A stretch of DNA of 64,000 bases from an uncultured Clostridia bacterium (GTDB taxonomy: Bacteria; Bacillota; Clostridia; Christensenellales; QAND01): positions 107,538 through 171,537 of the forward strand of contig CAZHNN010000002.1 of the NCBI GenBank assembly GCA_964533965.1, in the 5' to 3' direction. The translations under genes and the position numbers were made by a program. Positions 1-10,902 of the stretch are shown here, piece by piece. The notes under the pieces are model-generated. The model worked only from the letters and a program-made list of their open reading frames with translations. It did not search any database and had not been told where the DNA came from. Position 1 is the stretch's first letter, and every line of letters begins with the position of its first letter.

Positions 1-5
1 ATTGT

Positions 6-1115
6 TTATTCTACCGCTTCATTGATAAAAGCCAGCGATAACGTAATGAAGATATATATCTGGATCAGCGGATGGAAGACGTTGAAATACAACCCGGCTA
101 CGGACGGTATTCCGATTGCATGGCTGCCCAATGCCATCTTCAGCATATCCATAACGACCATTCCGCCCAACATGTTGCCAAATAGACGGCAACTAAGCGA
201 GATCGGTATTGCCAGATCGGTCAATATTTTTATTGGCAATAGAATGGGTATGGGCTGTGTAAAGCTCTTGAGCCGTCCACCCAAGCCCTTCTTCTTGATG
301 CTGTAATAATTGATCATCCCAAACGTGATCAACGCCATCGAGAATGTGAGTAAGAGGTCAGCCGTCGGGGGGCGCAGGCCTATGAGTTCCACCATGGCGC
401 TGCCCAACATGAGCAGCACGATGGTAAACATATAGCAGGCCAGCGCTTCCGTCGCCATATGAAGGCCGCCGTGCGTATACTTACCAATGGCCTCAATGCT
501 CAATTCGACAAGATTCTGCAGCCCATGGGGTTTGTCTCTAAACCGGGGGACCACAAAGATTCGGAACAGGATGGCCAGAATAGTGATTACAGCCATGATG
601 CCCCAGATCACTACGACGCTGCTGCTGACGGAAAAGCCAAGTACCTTGACCGATTCGGGAAAAAGAACAACATCCAATTCTTCGGTGTGCGACCCGTAGA
701 TGGCTGTGAGGATTCGCCCAAAGGCAAACCACAGCGAAAACAGAAATATGGCTTTCTGAAGGAATCTCAGGCGCTTTGCGCTCTTGGTGCTCTTTTTGAT
801 CGGCACCGACTTTTCCACACCGAGTTCAACGTATTTCTGTATTCCCTTGGGCTTGTCATGAAGACGGGGCACGATAAAGACCCGGAATACGATGGCCGCC
901 ACGACGACAACGGCTGTAAAGGCCAACGCATATTGAACCCCAAAATAGACTTCAAGCGCCACATAGCAAACAAAACAAATAAAAAGCAATACGATTGGCA
1001 TCCATGCGAGACGTGTCTCATCCGGGGACGGTTCTCTTTTTTGGGTATTACGCATCCAAAAGTAAGAGATCACCGCCACGACAATTGCAATTCCCGATTG
1101 TATCCAAGCACTCAT
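6..1115 (-). CDS. atpB: F0F1 ATP synthase subunit a, with ~110-aa N-terminal extension
   Basis: The C-terminal half carries the subunit-a signature SCRLFGNMLGGMVV (essential Arg) and multiple TM helices. It lies directly after an atpI-like gene, and the operon runs off the window start. Confidence 0.85.
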   Translation of the reverse strand: MSAWIQSGIAIVVAVISYFWMRNTQKREPSPDETRLAWMPIVLLFICFVCYVALEVYFGVQYALAFTAVVVVAAIVFRVFIVPRLHDKPKGIQKYVELGVEKSVPIKKSTKSAKRLRFLQKAIFLFSLWFAFGRILTAIYGSHTEELDVVLFPESVKVLGFSVSSSVVVIWGIMAVITILAILFRIFVVPRFRDKPHGLQNLVELSIEAIGKYTHGGLHMATEALACYMFTIVLLMLGSAMVELIGLRPPTADLLLTFSMALITFGMINYYSIKKKGLGGRLKSFTQPIPILLPIKILTDLAIPISLSCRLFGNMLGGMVVMDMLKMALGSHAIGIPSVAGLYFNVFHPLIQIYIFITLSLAFINEAVE

Positions 1116-1116
1116 G

Positions 1117-1386
1117 TCAGATCTCTCCTTTCTCTTTTACCGTCTGCGTAAAAAAGGATATCGCGGACAACGCTATCAGCGCACCCACCATAAACAAACC
1201 GCAGGCCATCAGTTGATCACGCCAGAATATCGCCACGATGGCTACCGTGATGGCAAAGCATCCCGCATTCAAAAGCATCATTCCGGCCATTTTGCCTGTT
1301 TTCCCTTCAGCAAGTGCCGTCATCGCTTTTTTCAAGAACACGTATTCCGCGATACCGCCGACGAAACCCAAAATCCATCCCATCAA
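1117..1386 (-). CDS. atpI: small membrane protein in the atpI position (ATP synthase protein I-like)
   Basis: 89 aa, almost entirely hydrophobic helices. Its stop abuts the atpB start, which is the position of atpI in Firmicute atp operons. Confidence 0.5.
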   Translation of the reverse strand: MMGWILGFVGGIAEYVFLKKAMTALAEGKTGKMAGMMLLNAGCFAITVAIVAIFWRDQLMACGLFMVGALIALSAISFFTQTVKEKGEI

Positions 1387-1663
1387 CGCCTGTCTCCTTT
1401 AACCTTATCAGTGAAAGCATAAAACACCGAACGTATCATACATCAACCGCTTGCTTTTGACAAAGCAAATTTGTTGGAAGTTTACCTTCCTCAGGTCTTT
1501 GTCGCAGTATTGTATACTTTCACTTAATAAAGATTATCGTACGATAATAGCAGAATTATAAAATTCTTACAATATTTTCTATCGTCATTTTTTGTTAAGC
1601 CTTGAGGTTAAAAGCATTTTTCGACACAACCGATAAGTATGTTCGGTTGATATACACGATAAT

Positions 1664-1693
1664 TGTAAACCAATCCATCGCATCATATTTACA
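1664..1693 (+). promoter_or_regulatory. putative BirA operator upstream of bioY
   Basis: Inverted repeat TGTAAAC-N16-ATTTACA lies about 40 nt upstream of the bioY start. It resembles Firmicute BirA boxes (TGTAAAC...GTTTACA). Confidence 0.35.
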
Positions 1694-1733
1694 TTCTGGC
1701 CCTTCCCTGCTATGATTGCTGCGAGGTGATCAT

Positions 1734-2288
1734 ATGCGAAATATATCAACACGTTCGCTGGCATATTGTGCGTTATTTGCGGTTCTCATCATGGTGGGAG
1801 CCATGATCCGCATTCCTCTGCCACCAGTCCCATTCACACTTCAAACGCTGTTCGTCTTCCTAAGCGGCTTGGTATTGGGGCCGAAGCTCGGTTTCTGTTC
1901 CGCCCTTGTATACTTGTCCGCAGGATTGATCGGACTGCCCGTCTTTGCCAACGGCGGCGGGTTCATGTACGTGCTGCAGCCATCCTTTGGCTATATCCTA
2001 TCCTTTTGTCCCGCTGCCTATCTGATCGGTAAGCTTTCCCAAAAACGGCCGGACGGCTCCATGCTCTACCATACACTCTGCTGCTTTGCGGGGCTGATGC
2101 TCATCTATTTGATAGGAATGCCCTACATGGCTGCCATTCTGAGGCTTTATTTGGGTAAGAGCATATCGCTCTGGCGGATCGTCTATTCGGGCGCGCTGGT
2201 GTTTTTGCCCGGAGATGTACTTTGGTGTATTCTTGCCGCTCTGTTTTATAAGAAGCTGCCAAAAGCGCTTCTACCAAAACGTCTCTAG
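1734..2288 (+). CDS. bioY: biotin transporter BioY (ECF S component)
   Basis: BioY-like sequence (PVPFTLQTLFVFLSGLVLGPKLG, PGDVLW). ATG at 1734 follows GAGGTGA. The track start at 1716 is a TTG without an SD. Confidence 0.85.
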   Translation: MRNISTRSLAYCALFAVLIMVGAMIRIPLPPVPFTLQTLFVFLSGLVLGPKLGFCSALVYLSAGLIGLPVFANGGGFMYVLQPSFGYILSFCPAAYLIGKLSQKRPDGSMLYHTLCCFAGLMLIYLIGMPYMAAILRLYLGKSISLWRIVYSGALVFLPGDVLWCILAALFYKKLPKALLPKRL

Positions 2289-2335
2289 ATCCATCCTCAA
2301 ATTAAAGATCGATATTTTCCTTGATAAAAACAGAG

Positions 2336-2361
2336 CGCCGCATGTCGTTGCGGCGTTTTTA
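2336..2361 (+). terminator. rho-independent terminator after bioY
   Basis: Stem CGCCGCA / TGCGGCG with a 6-nt loop followed by TTTTT. Confidence 0.6.
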
Positions 2362-2501
2362 TACTATGCGGCTTTATTCCAATTGAGCACTGGTCCACGA
2401 TTGATCTTCGGAATAGCTGGCAGTATTTCCAGTTATTTATCATTTCTTACATGTTACAAATATGTTACGATGAGGTCACGAAAAATTGAAGGAGGGATAA
2501 C

Positions 2502-3479
2502 ATGAAAAAACTCATGACGTCCATCTTGGCGCTTATGTGCCTGATCATTGTGATCTCCCCCCTTGGAACGGCACATGCATCAAGTGTAACACCCACAGCG
2601 GGGAAGGTTACGACAGCGTCCAGTTCGCTGACTGTGCGCAGTGAGCCATCCACCTCTTCGAGCATCGTAGCGACGGTGGCGCGCGGAAGCTATGTCACGC
2701 TCTATGAGAAGAGCGGCAGCTGGTGGCGCGTAGGTCTTTCGGGCGGAAAATACGGTTACTGCTACGCTTCCTATATCACGCAGGTTTCGGGCAGCACTGC
2801 GGTGCAGATAACCGCAGCATACCTGAACATTCGAAGCGGCCCGTCCACCTCGTACAGCGTGCAGACGGCATTGAAAGAGGGAACGGTCGTCGTGAAGATG
2901 TCGACCTCAGGCAACTTTGCCCAGATCCTGTATGACGGCACCAAAACGGGCTATGCGAGCCTCTCCTACCTTGGCACAACAAGCGGCGGGAGCACACAGG
3001 CACAAACGTACCCGGCAATCCAGCTTAATGTACCCAGCTACAAGCAGACGGACAGCCGTTGGGCAAACGTCAAAGTGGGATCTTCCGGCAGGACGATCGC
3101 AGACATCGGATGCGTAACAACCGCGCTTGCGATGATGGAGTCGTATCGGACCGGTACCAGCATCACACCCGATGTGATGGAGAGCAAGCTTCAATACACA
3201 TCCGGCGGAGCCGTATACTGGCCGAGCAACTACGCGCTCGACGGAGCGCTGAGCTATGACAACATCTACGCAATGCTCAAATCCGGCAAGCCCGTCATCG
3301 TGGGTGCGAAGACCTCATCCGGCAGCACGCACTTCGTAGTGGTAAAAGGGTATACAGGCGGCAATACGCTGACAGCCTCGGGCTTTGTCATCAATGACCC
3401 GGGCTCCAACTCCCGCACGACGATGGCACAGTTCCTCTCGGTCTATCCGACCATCTTCCGCACGGTGTACTATCAGTAA
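2502..3479 (+). CDS. secreted protein with two SH3b-like domains and a C39/papain-like cysteine peptidase domain (probable cell-wall hydrolase)
   Basis: Signal peptide is present. There are two repeats of the SH3_3-type pattern (LTVRSEPSTSS.. / LNIRSGPSTSY..). The C-terminal domain has LNVPSYKQTDSRW..IGCVTTALAMM, GSTHFVVVKGY and a later INDPG. SD is GAAGGAGGG. Confidence 0.7.
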   Translation: MKKLMTSILALMCLIIVISPLGTAHASSVTPTAGKVTTASSSLTVRSEPSTSSSIVATVARGSYVTLYEKSGSWWRVGLSGGKYGYCYASYITQVSGSTAVQITAAYLNIRSGPSTSYSVQTALKEGTVVVKMSTSGNFAQILYDGTKTGYASLSYLGTTSGGSTQAQTYPAIQLNVPSYKQTDSRWANVKVGSSGRTIADIGCVTTALAMMESYRTGTSITPDVMESKLQYTSGGAVYWPSNYALDGALSYDNIYAMLKSGKPVIVGAKTSSGSTHFVVVKGYTGGNTLTASGFVINDPGSNSRTTMAQFLSVYPTIFRTVYYQ

Positions 3480-3486
3480 GTCAACA

Positions 3487-3512
3487 AAAAGCCCGCATTG
3501 GCGGGCTTTTTT
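3487..3512 (+). terminator. rho-independent terminator
   Basis: GCCCGC-ATTG-GCGGGC hairpin followed by TTTTTT. Confidence 0.8.
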
Positions 3513-3765
3513 ATTCCGCAGAAACCATGTTTTTGGCGGGTATAGACAGCTTCGCATTCTTTTATGGCAAATCCGCCGCATAAGCCAAAACTTCGTTTTG
3601 GCGGTAATCGTCGGATTTGCCCAGCCTTTGATAAGATGAAAAAAGATGCTGTAAATGCAAATGTAAACATTATTGAGAACTTACAGTCTTTGTATAAGAG
3701 TGGAAATAACGACTCGACTTCACCCTACCTGTTTACAGTGAATAGTATGCTCCGGGGTGATTTAC

Positions 3766-4152
3766 ATGGAAGCGAACACTTCGCTGTGCCAACAGCTTGC
3801 AGCCATTTTAAAGGGCAAATCCCAACTGAATGACAGCGTCTGCACCGTAGCGGTCGATCGCAAGCTGCAAGCGCAGATATTGGGAAAACCATATCATTCC
3901 TTGAGCCACATGTTCAACTTTGAATTGGGCATTGACAATGCGCCAAGCCTCATAACCGGCAAATTCGTTTTGACTGAGAACGAAGTTGCGTATGTGACCA
4001 GCTATCTGAACAGCCAGAACATCACCGTAAGCGCCATTGTTAACCATTGGTTCTATGATCAGCCGCGGTTGATCTACGTTCATTGCCAGGTCGTGATGAG
4101 CCCGCTGACATTTGCCCAGAGGATGGTGTATCTGCTGCAGCGCATCGGTTAG
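3766..4152 (+). CDS. single-domain DUF1259-like protein
   Basis: The C-terminal motif VNHWFYDQPRLIYVHCQV resembles the HNHM..EPR..F.H signature of DUF1259 (LpqO-like), as recalled from memory. No signal peptide is seen. The start could be GTG 3757 or ATG 3766. Confidence 0.4.
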   Translation: MEANTSLCQQLAAILKGKSQLNDSVCTVAVDRKLQAQILGKPYHSLSHMFNFELGIDNAPSLITGKFVLTENEVAYVTSYLNSQNITVSAIVNHWFYDQPRLIYVHCQVVMSPLTFAQRMVYLLQRIG

Positions 4153-4265
4153 CATTCCTTGCCGGGACTCAAACTGAAGTTGTCTTAGCTTGTACCCCAT
4201 CACATCCTATTCACGGATACAACGTCAACCGCCAAAAATAAGGTTTTAGCATGTGAAGTACATTA

Positions 4266-4351
4266 AAGAAGTCCCGATTGCTCGGGACTTTTTGTGTTTA
4301 CCTTACTTCGCGTCGACCTTGCTCATGTGGATCACGAGATCACACAGCTTG
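4266..4351 (-). repeat. copy C: terminator hairpin plus last ~49 nt of gap (orphan gap 3' fragment)
   Basis: 4303-4351 reads (minus strand) ..[15 protein letters not shown]-stop. It matches the 3' end of gap at 6363-6411 with about 5 mismatches. 4266-4292 repeats the AAGTCCCGATTGCTCGGGACTTTT terminator. Confidence 0.85.
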
Positions 4352-4375
4352 ATAATATAAGAACCTGGCTGTTGT

Positions 4376-4999
4376 CTAATTAGATTTATAATACTCAACC
4401 GTTATATTGGTGACTGTATATAAATCAATCTTAAAACTATTAAGAATCCAAGTATCCTGTAAACGGACATGGCCAATGGCGATTGCGTTATTTAGTTTAG
4501 ATGGCTTATTTTTATATGTAGAGTCTCTCCATAATACGCCACTTTTTGTAGGTTTTTCGTATTTCGTTATCAGCGCATTTTTGATGTAGTTATACTCGTC
4601 CAGCATTGGTAAGGATATTCTATAATCATCAGTTACATTAAAATGCAAGTCAGGGTCAAATTGAAACATAACACTAAATAATTTAGAATTTCTAAATAAA
4701 TAGTCTATCCGAAAACCAGAAAGTGAAAAGTCGTAATTCTTATACGGATATGTATATAAAAGTGATACTATGAATCCATTTTCGACGATGGCGGGTTTAT
4801 CAGTATAGTGACTCTGAACTTCGCTTGGGCTCATCCCGAACATTACCCAATCTGGTAGATAGAACATCTCGTAAGGTTCCATAGCCAGAGTTTGAATTGG
4901 GGTTGGCGTTTGAGTGACGTTAGGAGTTACAACAGATTGACTACAGGCACTTAGGAGAAAGCACAGTACAAGGTAGGTAATCAAAGTTGCCTTCTTCAT
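4376..4999 (-). CDS. hypothetical lipoprotein (AT-rich cargo gene)
   Basis: MKKATLITYLVLCFLLSAC lipobox and SD GGAGGA. Visibly lower GC than the flanks. No family recognised. Confidence 0.6.
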   Translation of the reverse strand: MKKATLITYLVLCFLLSACSQSVVTPNVTQTPTPIQTLAMEPYEMFYLPDWVMFGMSPSEVQSHYTDKPAIVENGFIVSLLYTYPYKNYDFSLSGFRIDYLFRNSKLFSVMFQFDPDLHFNVTDDYRISLPMLDEYNYIKNALITKYEKPTKSGVLWRDSTYKNKPSKLNNAIAIGHVRLQDTWILNSFKIDLYTVTNITVEYYKSN

Positions 5000-5112
5000 A
5001 AAAGTCCTCCAAAAAATAGATAGACATATTAACTAATATATCAGGAATGCAAAAACCCAACAAGTAAGCATATTGGTCGGATGTATTCCCTTATGCAAAT
5101 CTGTACGGCGCG

Positions 5113-5352
<240 letters not shown>

Positions 5353-5469
5353 CTATGATTTATACGCATATTGTTGATGATGAATTTGCTGTTAAGAAGT
5401 AATGAAGCTTTTCGTTTTCAGGATATTGAGATACAACGATTTGTCTTATCCGTGGCTATACAATTAGTT

Positions 5470-5991
5470 TCAAATTTTAAATGTAAGCAATCCACCGTTT
5501 TCGATTGGTGTGCTACCAAAATTATAGTCATTCGGCTTTCCTTTGAAAAAATAATCTATTATCTGTATGTTAGCCGCATGGGTAACAATTAAGACATTTT
5601 TACCTTTATAATTTTGGACAATCATCTCACAAAAATTGCAGTTTCGATTCATAAAACTATTAAATGTCTCCGTACCTTTATCACCGGTTTGAATTGCCTG
5701 AAAATACAATCTCCGAAATTCCGGAGTTTCATCTTTGCCTTCAAATTCCCCGCAGATTATTTCCTTAAGCCTATCATCGAAAACAATCTTCCCGTTGTAG
5801 ATAATCTCGCAAGTTTGACGTGCTCGCATTTGGGGACTGCAAAAACAAGCATCAAAACCAACGTTTCTCAAGTTTTCAGCTTGACGCTTTGCTTGTTCGA
5901 TTCCTGTTAGATTCAACAAAGTATCTGTTACACCATTACACTTCTTGAATAGGTTCCAATCAGTTTCACCCTGGCGGACGAGGTATACCAT
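5470..5991 (-). CDS. histidine phosphatase (phosphoglycerate mutase-like) family protein with RQG in place of RHG
   Basis: Shows the family pattern MVYLVRQGETDWN...SPQMRARQT...LIVTHAANI. AT-rich, with SD GGGGGAG. Confidence 0.8.
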   Translation of the reverse strand: MVYLVRQGETDWNLFKKCNGVTDTLLNLTGIEQAKRQAENLRNVGFDACFCSPQMRARQTCEIIYNGKIVFDDRLKEIICGEFEGKDETPEFRRLYFQAIQTGDKGTETFNSFMNRNCNFCEMIVQNYKGKNVLIVTHAANIQIIDYFFKGKPNDYNFGSTPIENGGLLTFKI

Positions 5992-6318
5992 AATAATCTG
6001 CTCCCCCTATTTGATTGTTCTACTATAGTCTGGTCTATAAGACCCTTTTTAATTTATATTATCCATAACTGTACTCTCTTAATTTTTATTATATTATTAG
6101 CCTTTTTGGATTGTCAACAGTAAGCCGGACAGAACTTATTAGGTACAGGATCTCTTAAACTCAACTGGTGACAAGTATCCAAGCGTTCAATCCAAACGGA
6201 TATTGTTGAACAATGAACAGAATCGAATGACTCCAGCTGGAGTTGCAAGATCGGCTTATGATAAAGTTTGATACCATGTATCCAACTAAAACGGGATCGT
6301 TTATACCTTATGTTTGCA

Positions 6319-6346
6319 TAAAAAAAGTCCCGATTGCTCGGGACTT
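6319..6346 (-). terminator. rho-independent terminator of gap
   Basis: On the minus strand: AAGTCCCGAGCAATCGGGACTT followed by TTTTTTA. Confidence 0.8.
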
Positions 6347-6362
6347 TCTTTTTGGTTTAAAC

Positions 6363-7481
<1,119 letters not shown>

Positions 7482-7559
7482 TTACGCGGTTCAGTTTGCC
7501 CTCAGATACCCGTATCATGCGCATATGCATGCGCCTATTACTTCCATCTTCGCCAAAAC

Positions 7560-8654
7560 TCAGCCGTTTAGGCCCATGAGTTCTTTTAGTACAAACTGCC
7601 CGTTTTTGCGTATCAGCACATCGTCAAAATAGATCTCGCCGCCACCGTTCTGCAGGCAAACCATGTCCCAGTGCATCGCGCTTTCGTTTCCGTTGGGTGC
7701 CTCGTCATAGCAGGCGCCCAGCGCCATATGGAATGAACCGCCTATCTTCTCATCAAAAAGCGTATCGCACATGGGTTGATGGATATGGGAATTCACGCCG
7801 AGCGCAAACTCGCCGACGAACCTCGCGCCCTCGTCCGTATCCAACAGCTCGTTAAGCCGCTTCGTGTTGTTGGCGGACGCCTCCACACATTTTCCGTTTT
7901 CAAACCGAAGACGGATATCCTCAAACCTGTAACCGCCTTCAACGCTGGGGGCGTTGAACAGTACAGTGCCGTTGATGCTCTCTTTGATCGGCGATGTGAA
8001 TATCTCACCGTCGGGGATATTGTATTGCCCTGCGCAAGGAATGGCGATCTGCCCCTTGATGGACAGCGTCAGATCCGTACCGGGCCCTTTGATATGCACC
8101 TTGTCCGTCTTTTCCATCAGGGCTTTTAACGGTTCCAGGTCTCTTTGCATCTTGTCGTAGTCTACGCAGCACACGTCGAAAAAGAAATCCTCAAAGGCTT
8201 CGGTGCTCAACTGCGCCTTCTGCGCCGCTTCGGGCGTCGGCCACTGCACCACCACCCACCGGGTCTTCTTTTTGCGCATTACGACATCCAGCGGATGGCT
8301 GTAAAGTCTGCTTAGCATCGTCTGCGTCGATGTCGGCACGTCGCTCATTTCCATATCGTTGTGCGCACCGTAGAAGTGCATGGAGCAATCCATCTCTTCG
8401 AACTGCCGGCAGACGAACTCCGCTCTGAGCTTTGTCATCGTCTCGTCGGTGTGCATCATCGCAAGGCGCTGCACGCGCGCCTGCGTGATGTCCACAAACG
8501 GTTTGCCGCCCGCTTGCTGTACCTTTTTCACCATCAGTTCCAGAAATTCAATATTCGGTTCGCGGGCCAACAGCGCCACGTTGTTTCCCTCTTGCACGCG
8601 CATGGAGTGGCGAACAAGCACATCCGCGAGCTTCTCCATTCTTTGATCTCGCAT
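7560..8654 (-). CDS. M29 family aminopeptidase (AmpS/PepS-like), paralogue 1
   Basis: Full-length similarity pattern to aminopeptidase T/S (..NIPDGEIFTSP..GEFALG.N..FDEKIGGSFHMALG). Confidence 0.85.
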   Translation of the reverse strand: MRDQRMEKLADVLVRHSMRVQEGNNVALLAREPNIEFLELMVKKVQQAGGKPFVDITQARVQRLAMMHTDETMTKLRAEFVCRQFEEMDCSMHFYGAHNDMEMSDVPTSTQTMLSRLYSHPLDVVMRKKKTRWVVVQWPTPEAAQKAQLSTEAFEDFFFDVCCVDYDKMQRDLEPLKALMEKTDKVHIKGPGTDLTLSIKGQIAIPCAGQYNIPDGEIFTSPIKESINGTVLFNAPSVEGGYRFEDIRLRFENGKCVEASANNTKRLNELLDTDEGARFVGEFALGVNSHIHQPMCDTLFDEKIGGSFHMALGACYDEAPNGNESAMHWDMVCLQNGGGEIYFDDVLIRKNGQFVLKELMGLNG

Positions 8655-8664
8655 GGTTCCCTCC

Positions 8665-9777
8665 TTAGCGCAGGTTTTCAGGGTTTAGGCAAAAGAGTTC
8701 CGGTATCACGAACATGCCATCCCTGCGGATGAGAACGTCGTCGAAATAGATCTCACCGCCGCCGAATTCCGGCGTCTGGATCAATATAAGATCCCAGTGG
8801 ACAGACGATTTGTTGCCGTTGTCCGCCTCGTCATAGGCGTTTCCGGGCGTCAGATGGATGGAACCCGCGATCTTCTCATCAAAGAGCGTATCCAGCATTG
8901 GCCTATTGATGTTCGGGTTGACGCCGATGGCAAACTCGCCCAAATACCTTGCACCATCATCGGTGTCCAGGTGCTTGTTGATGCGCAGGTTGTCGTTGCT
9001 GCTCGCCTCCACGATCTTGCCGTCCTTGAACGAAAAGCGAATATTTTCAAACTTGAAGCCGGATACCATGCTGGGGGTGTTGTATGTGATCACGCCGTTC
9101 ACGCTGTCCTTCACGGGTGCCGTATAGACCTCGCCGTCGGGAATGTTGCGCTCTCCGTCGCATTTAATCGAAGGTATGCCCTTGATGGAGAATGTCAGAT
9201 CGGTGCCGGGGCTTACGATGCGCACGCGGTCGGTGCGATCCAATAGTTCGATCAACGGATCCATGGCCCGGCTCATCTTGGCGTAGTCAAGGTTGCATAC
9301 CGAGAAATAGAACTCCTCAAAAGCATCGGTAGACATCTGTGCCAATTGTGCCATCGACGGATTCGGGTAACGAAGGACGACCCACTTTTTCTTCAGGCGC
9401 GTCTGCATATGCACCGGCTTGTAATACACAAGGCTGTACATACGCTGTATTTCCTCATCCACATCCACCGACTCAAACACGTTGTGGGAGCCTCTAACAC
9501 CGATGAACGCATCCATCTCCTGCATTTTGGGAAGATCGAACTTCATTCGAAGCTCCGCCTGCTCCTGCGTCATGCCCCGCATGATCTGGCGCTCGATGCG
9601 GCCGTTCTGCATCACGACAAACGGATACCCGCCTGCCTTATACGTCTCTTCGACCAGCGCGCATGCCATGCCGTCGTCGATATCCGCCAGATTCAGCCAA
9701 ACCTTTTCGCCTTTTTGCAGCTTCAGCGAATAGTTGATCAGGTTCTGCGCCAGAATGCGTTGCCTTGGGTCAATCAT
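8665..9777 (-). CDS. M29 family aminopeptidase, paralogue 2
   Basis: Same family motifs (NIPDGEVYTAP, GEFAIGVN, FDEKIAGSIHLTPG). ATG at 9777 (MIDPRQR) follows GGAGGAA. The track ORF overshoots by 53 codons. Confidence 0.85.
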   Translation of the reverse strand: MIDPRQRILAQNLINYSLKLQKGEKVWLNLADIDDGMACALVEETYKAGGYPFVVMQNGRIERQIMRGMTQEQAELRMKFDLPKMQEMDAFIGVRGSHNVFESVDVDEEIQRMYSLVYYKPVHMQTRLKKKWVVLRYPNPSMAQLAQMSTDAFEEFYFSVCNLDYAKMSRAMDPLIELLDRTDRVRIVSPGTDLTFSIKGIPSIKCDGERNIPDGEVYTAPVKDSVNGVITYNTPSMVSGFKFENIRFSFKDGKIVEASSNDNLRINKHLDTDDGARYLGEFAIGVNPNINRPMLDTLFDEKIAGSIHLTPGNAYDEADNGNKSSVHWDLILIQTPEFGGGEIYFDDVLIRRDGMFVIPELFCLNPENLR

Positions 9778-9844
9778 GATCAAATTCCTCCATCTATATA
9801 TTCTCTTACCCCAAATCATTGGAAAAGAGCTATACGCCCCTATG

Positions 9845-10813
9845 TTAGTTTGATTCCTCGGAAATTTTGGATGTCTTGCCGCCCTTGCGGTGGAACTCGT
9901 CCACGATGTACAGCGGCCTGTTCTTCGTCTCATCATAGACGCGCCCCAGGTAGTTCCCCATCAGTCCCATGAAAAGGAACAATATGCCGATGAGCAAATA
10001 CAGACCCGTCAGCGCAAACGATGTTGCCAGTATCTCCTGTCCCGTCAGCAACAGCACAAGCTGTACGATCAGCGCCACAAAGCTGCCGAATACGGTGAGC
10101 GTACCCAGGCGGGAGGCAAGCGTCAGCGGCTTGAACGAAAACGCATAGATGCCATCCATCGCAAGGCGCATCATCTGCTTGAAGCCATACTTCGTCTCGC
10201 CAGCGGCGCGCTGCTTGCGCTCAAACTCCACCGGCACCTGCGTAAAGCCGACCCAGCTGACCATGCCGCGCAAATACCGGTTATGCTCGCCCATCGAGAC
10301 GAGTTGATCGACCACCTTGCGGTCCATCAGCCGGAAATCGCCGGTATCCAGCGGCGCCTTGGTACCCGATAAAAAGCGGAACACGCGGTAGTACATGGCG
10401 CTTGTCATCTTCTTGAAAGCGGTTTCGCCTTCGCGGCTCTTGCGCTTGCCATAGACGATGTCGGCATCCCCTTGCTTCCATACCGCAGCCATCTCCGGAA
10501 TGACCTCGGGCGGATCCTGCAAGTCGGCATCGATCAATATTACTGCTTTGCCGCGTGAGGCGTCCAGCCCTGCGGATGACGCGGCTTGTTGCCCGAAGTT
10601 GCGCGAAAACGAGATCACCACCACGTGTTCATCTTTCTCATGGAGTTCCTTCAATACGGACAGCGTATCGTCCCGGCTTCCGTCGTTGACATAGATGATC
10701 TCATACGGTTCGTTCATGCCCTGCAGAACGCCAGTCAAGCGCTCGTGCGTCTGCGGCAGCACTTCCTGCTCATTAAAACAGGGAACAACGACCGAATAGA
10801 CAATAGTTGCCAA
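9845..10813 (-). CDS. GT2 family polyprenyl-phosphate glycosyltransferase (GtrB/ArnC-like)
   Basis: N-terminal VVVPCFNEQ..YVNDGSRD..DADLQDPPE GT-A motifs and two C-terminal TM helices. TTG start after GGAGGGAA. Confidence 0.85.
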   Translation of the reverse strand: MATIVYSVVVPCFNEQEVLPQTHERLTGVLQGMNEPYEIIYVNDGSRDDTLSVLKELHEKDEHVVVISFSRNFGQQAASSAGLDASRGKAVILIDADLQDPPEVIPEMAAVWKQGDADIVYGKRKSREGETAFKKMTSAMYYRVFRFLSGTKAPLDTGDFRLMDRKVVDQLVSMGEHNRYLRGMVSWVGFTQVPVEFERKQRAAGETKYGFKQMMRLAMDGIYAFSFKPLTLASRLGTLTVFGSFVALIVQLVLLLTGQEILATSFALTGLYLLIGILFLFMGLMGNYLGRVYDETKNRPLYIVDEFHRKGGKTSKISEESN

Positions 10814-10902
10814 TTCGTTCCCTCCTTACCGGATCATTATACCCTTTTCCTTGATAAATGAAAAGTCAAGTCAATGCAATCAAAGGATTGCACCTACGTG
10901 TA

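Noticed and set aside
8665-9936. Long N-terminal extensions in track ORFs (also 6363-7454, 10903-12444, 38994-40190, 46850-47755, 62188-62721, 60139-60564 and others)
   Set aside because: The upstream parts overlap neighbouring genes or terminators, lack an SD, and are Arg-rich read-through. In each case an internal ATG, GTG or TTG preceded by a GGAGG-type SD coincides with the conserved protein N-terminus.
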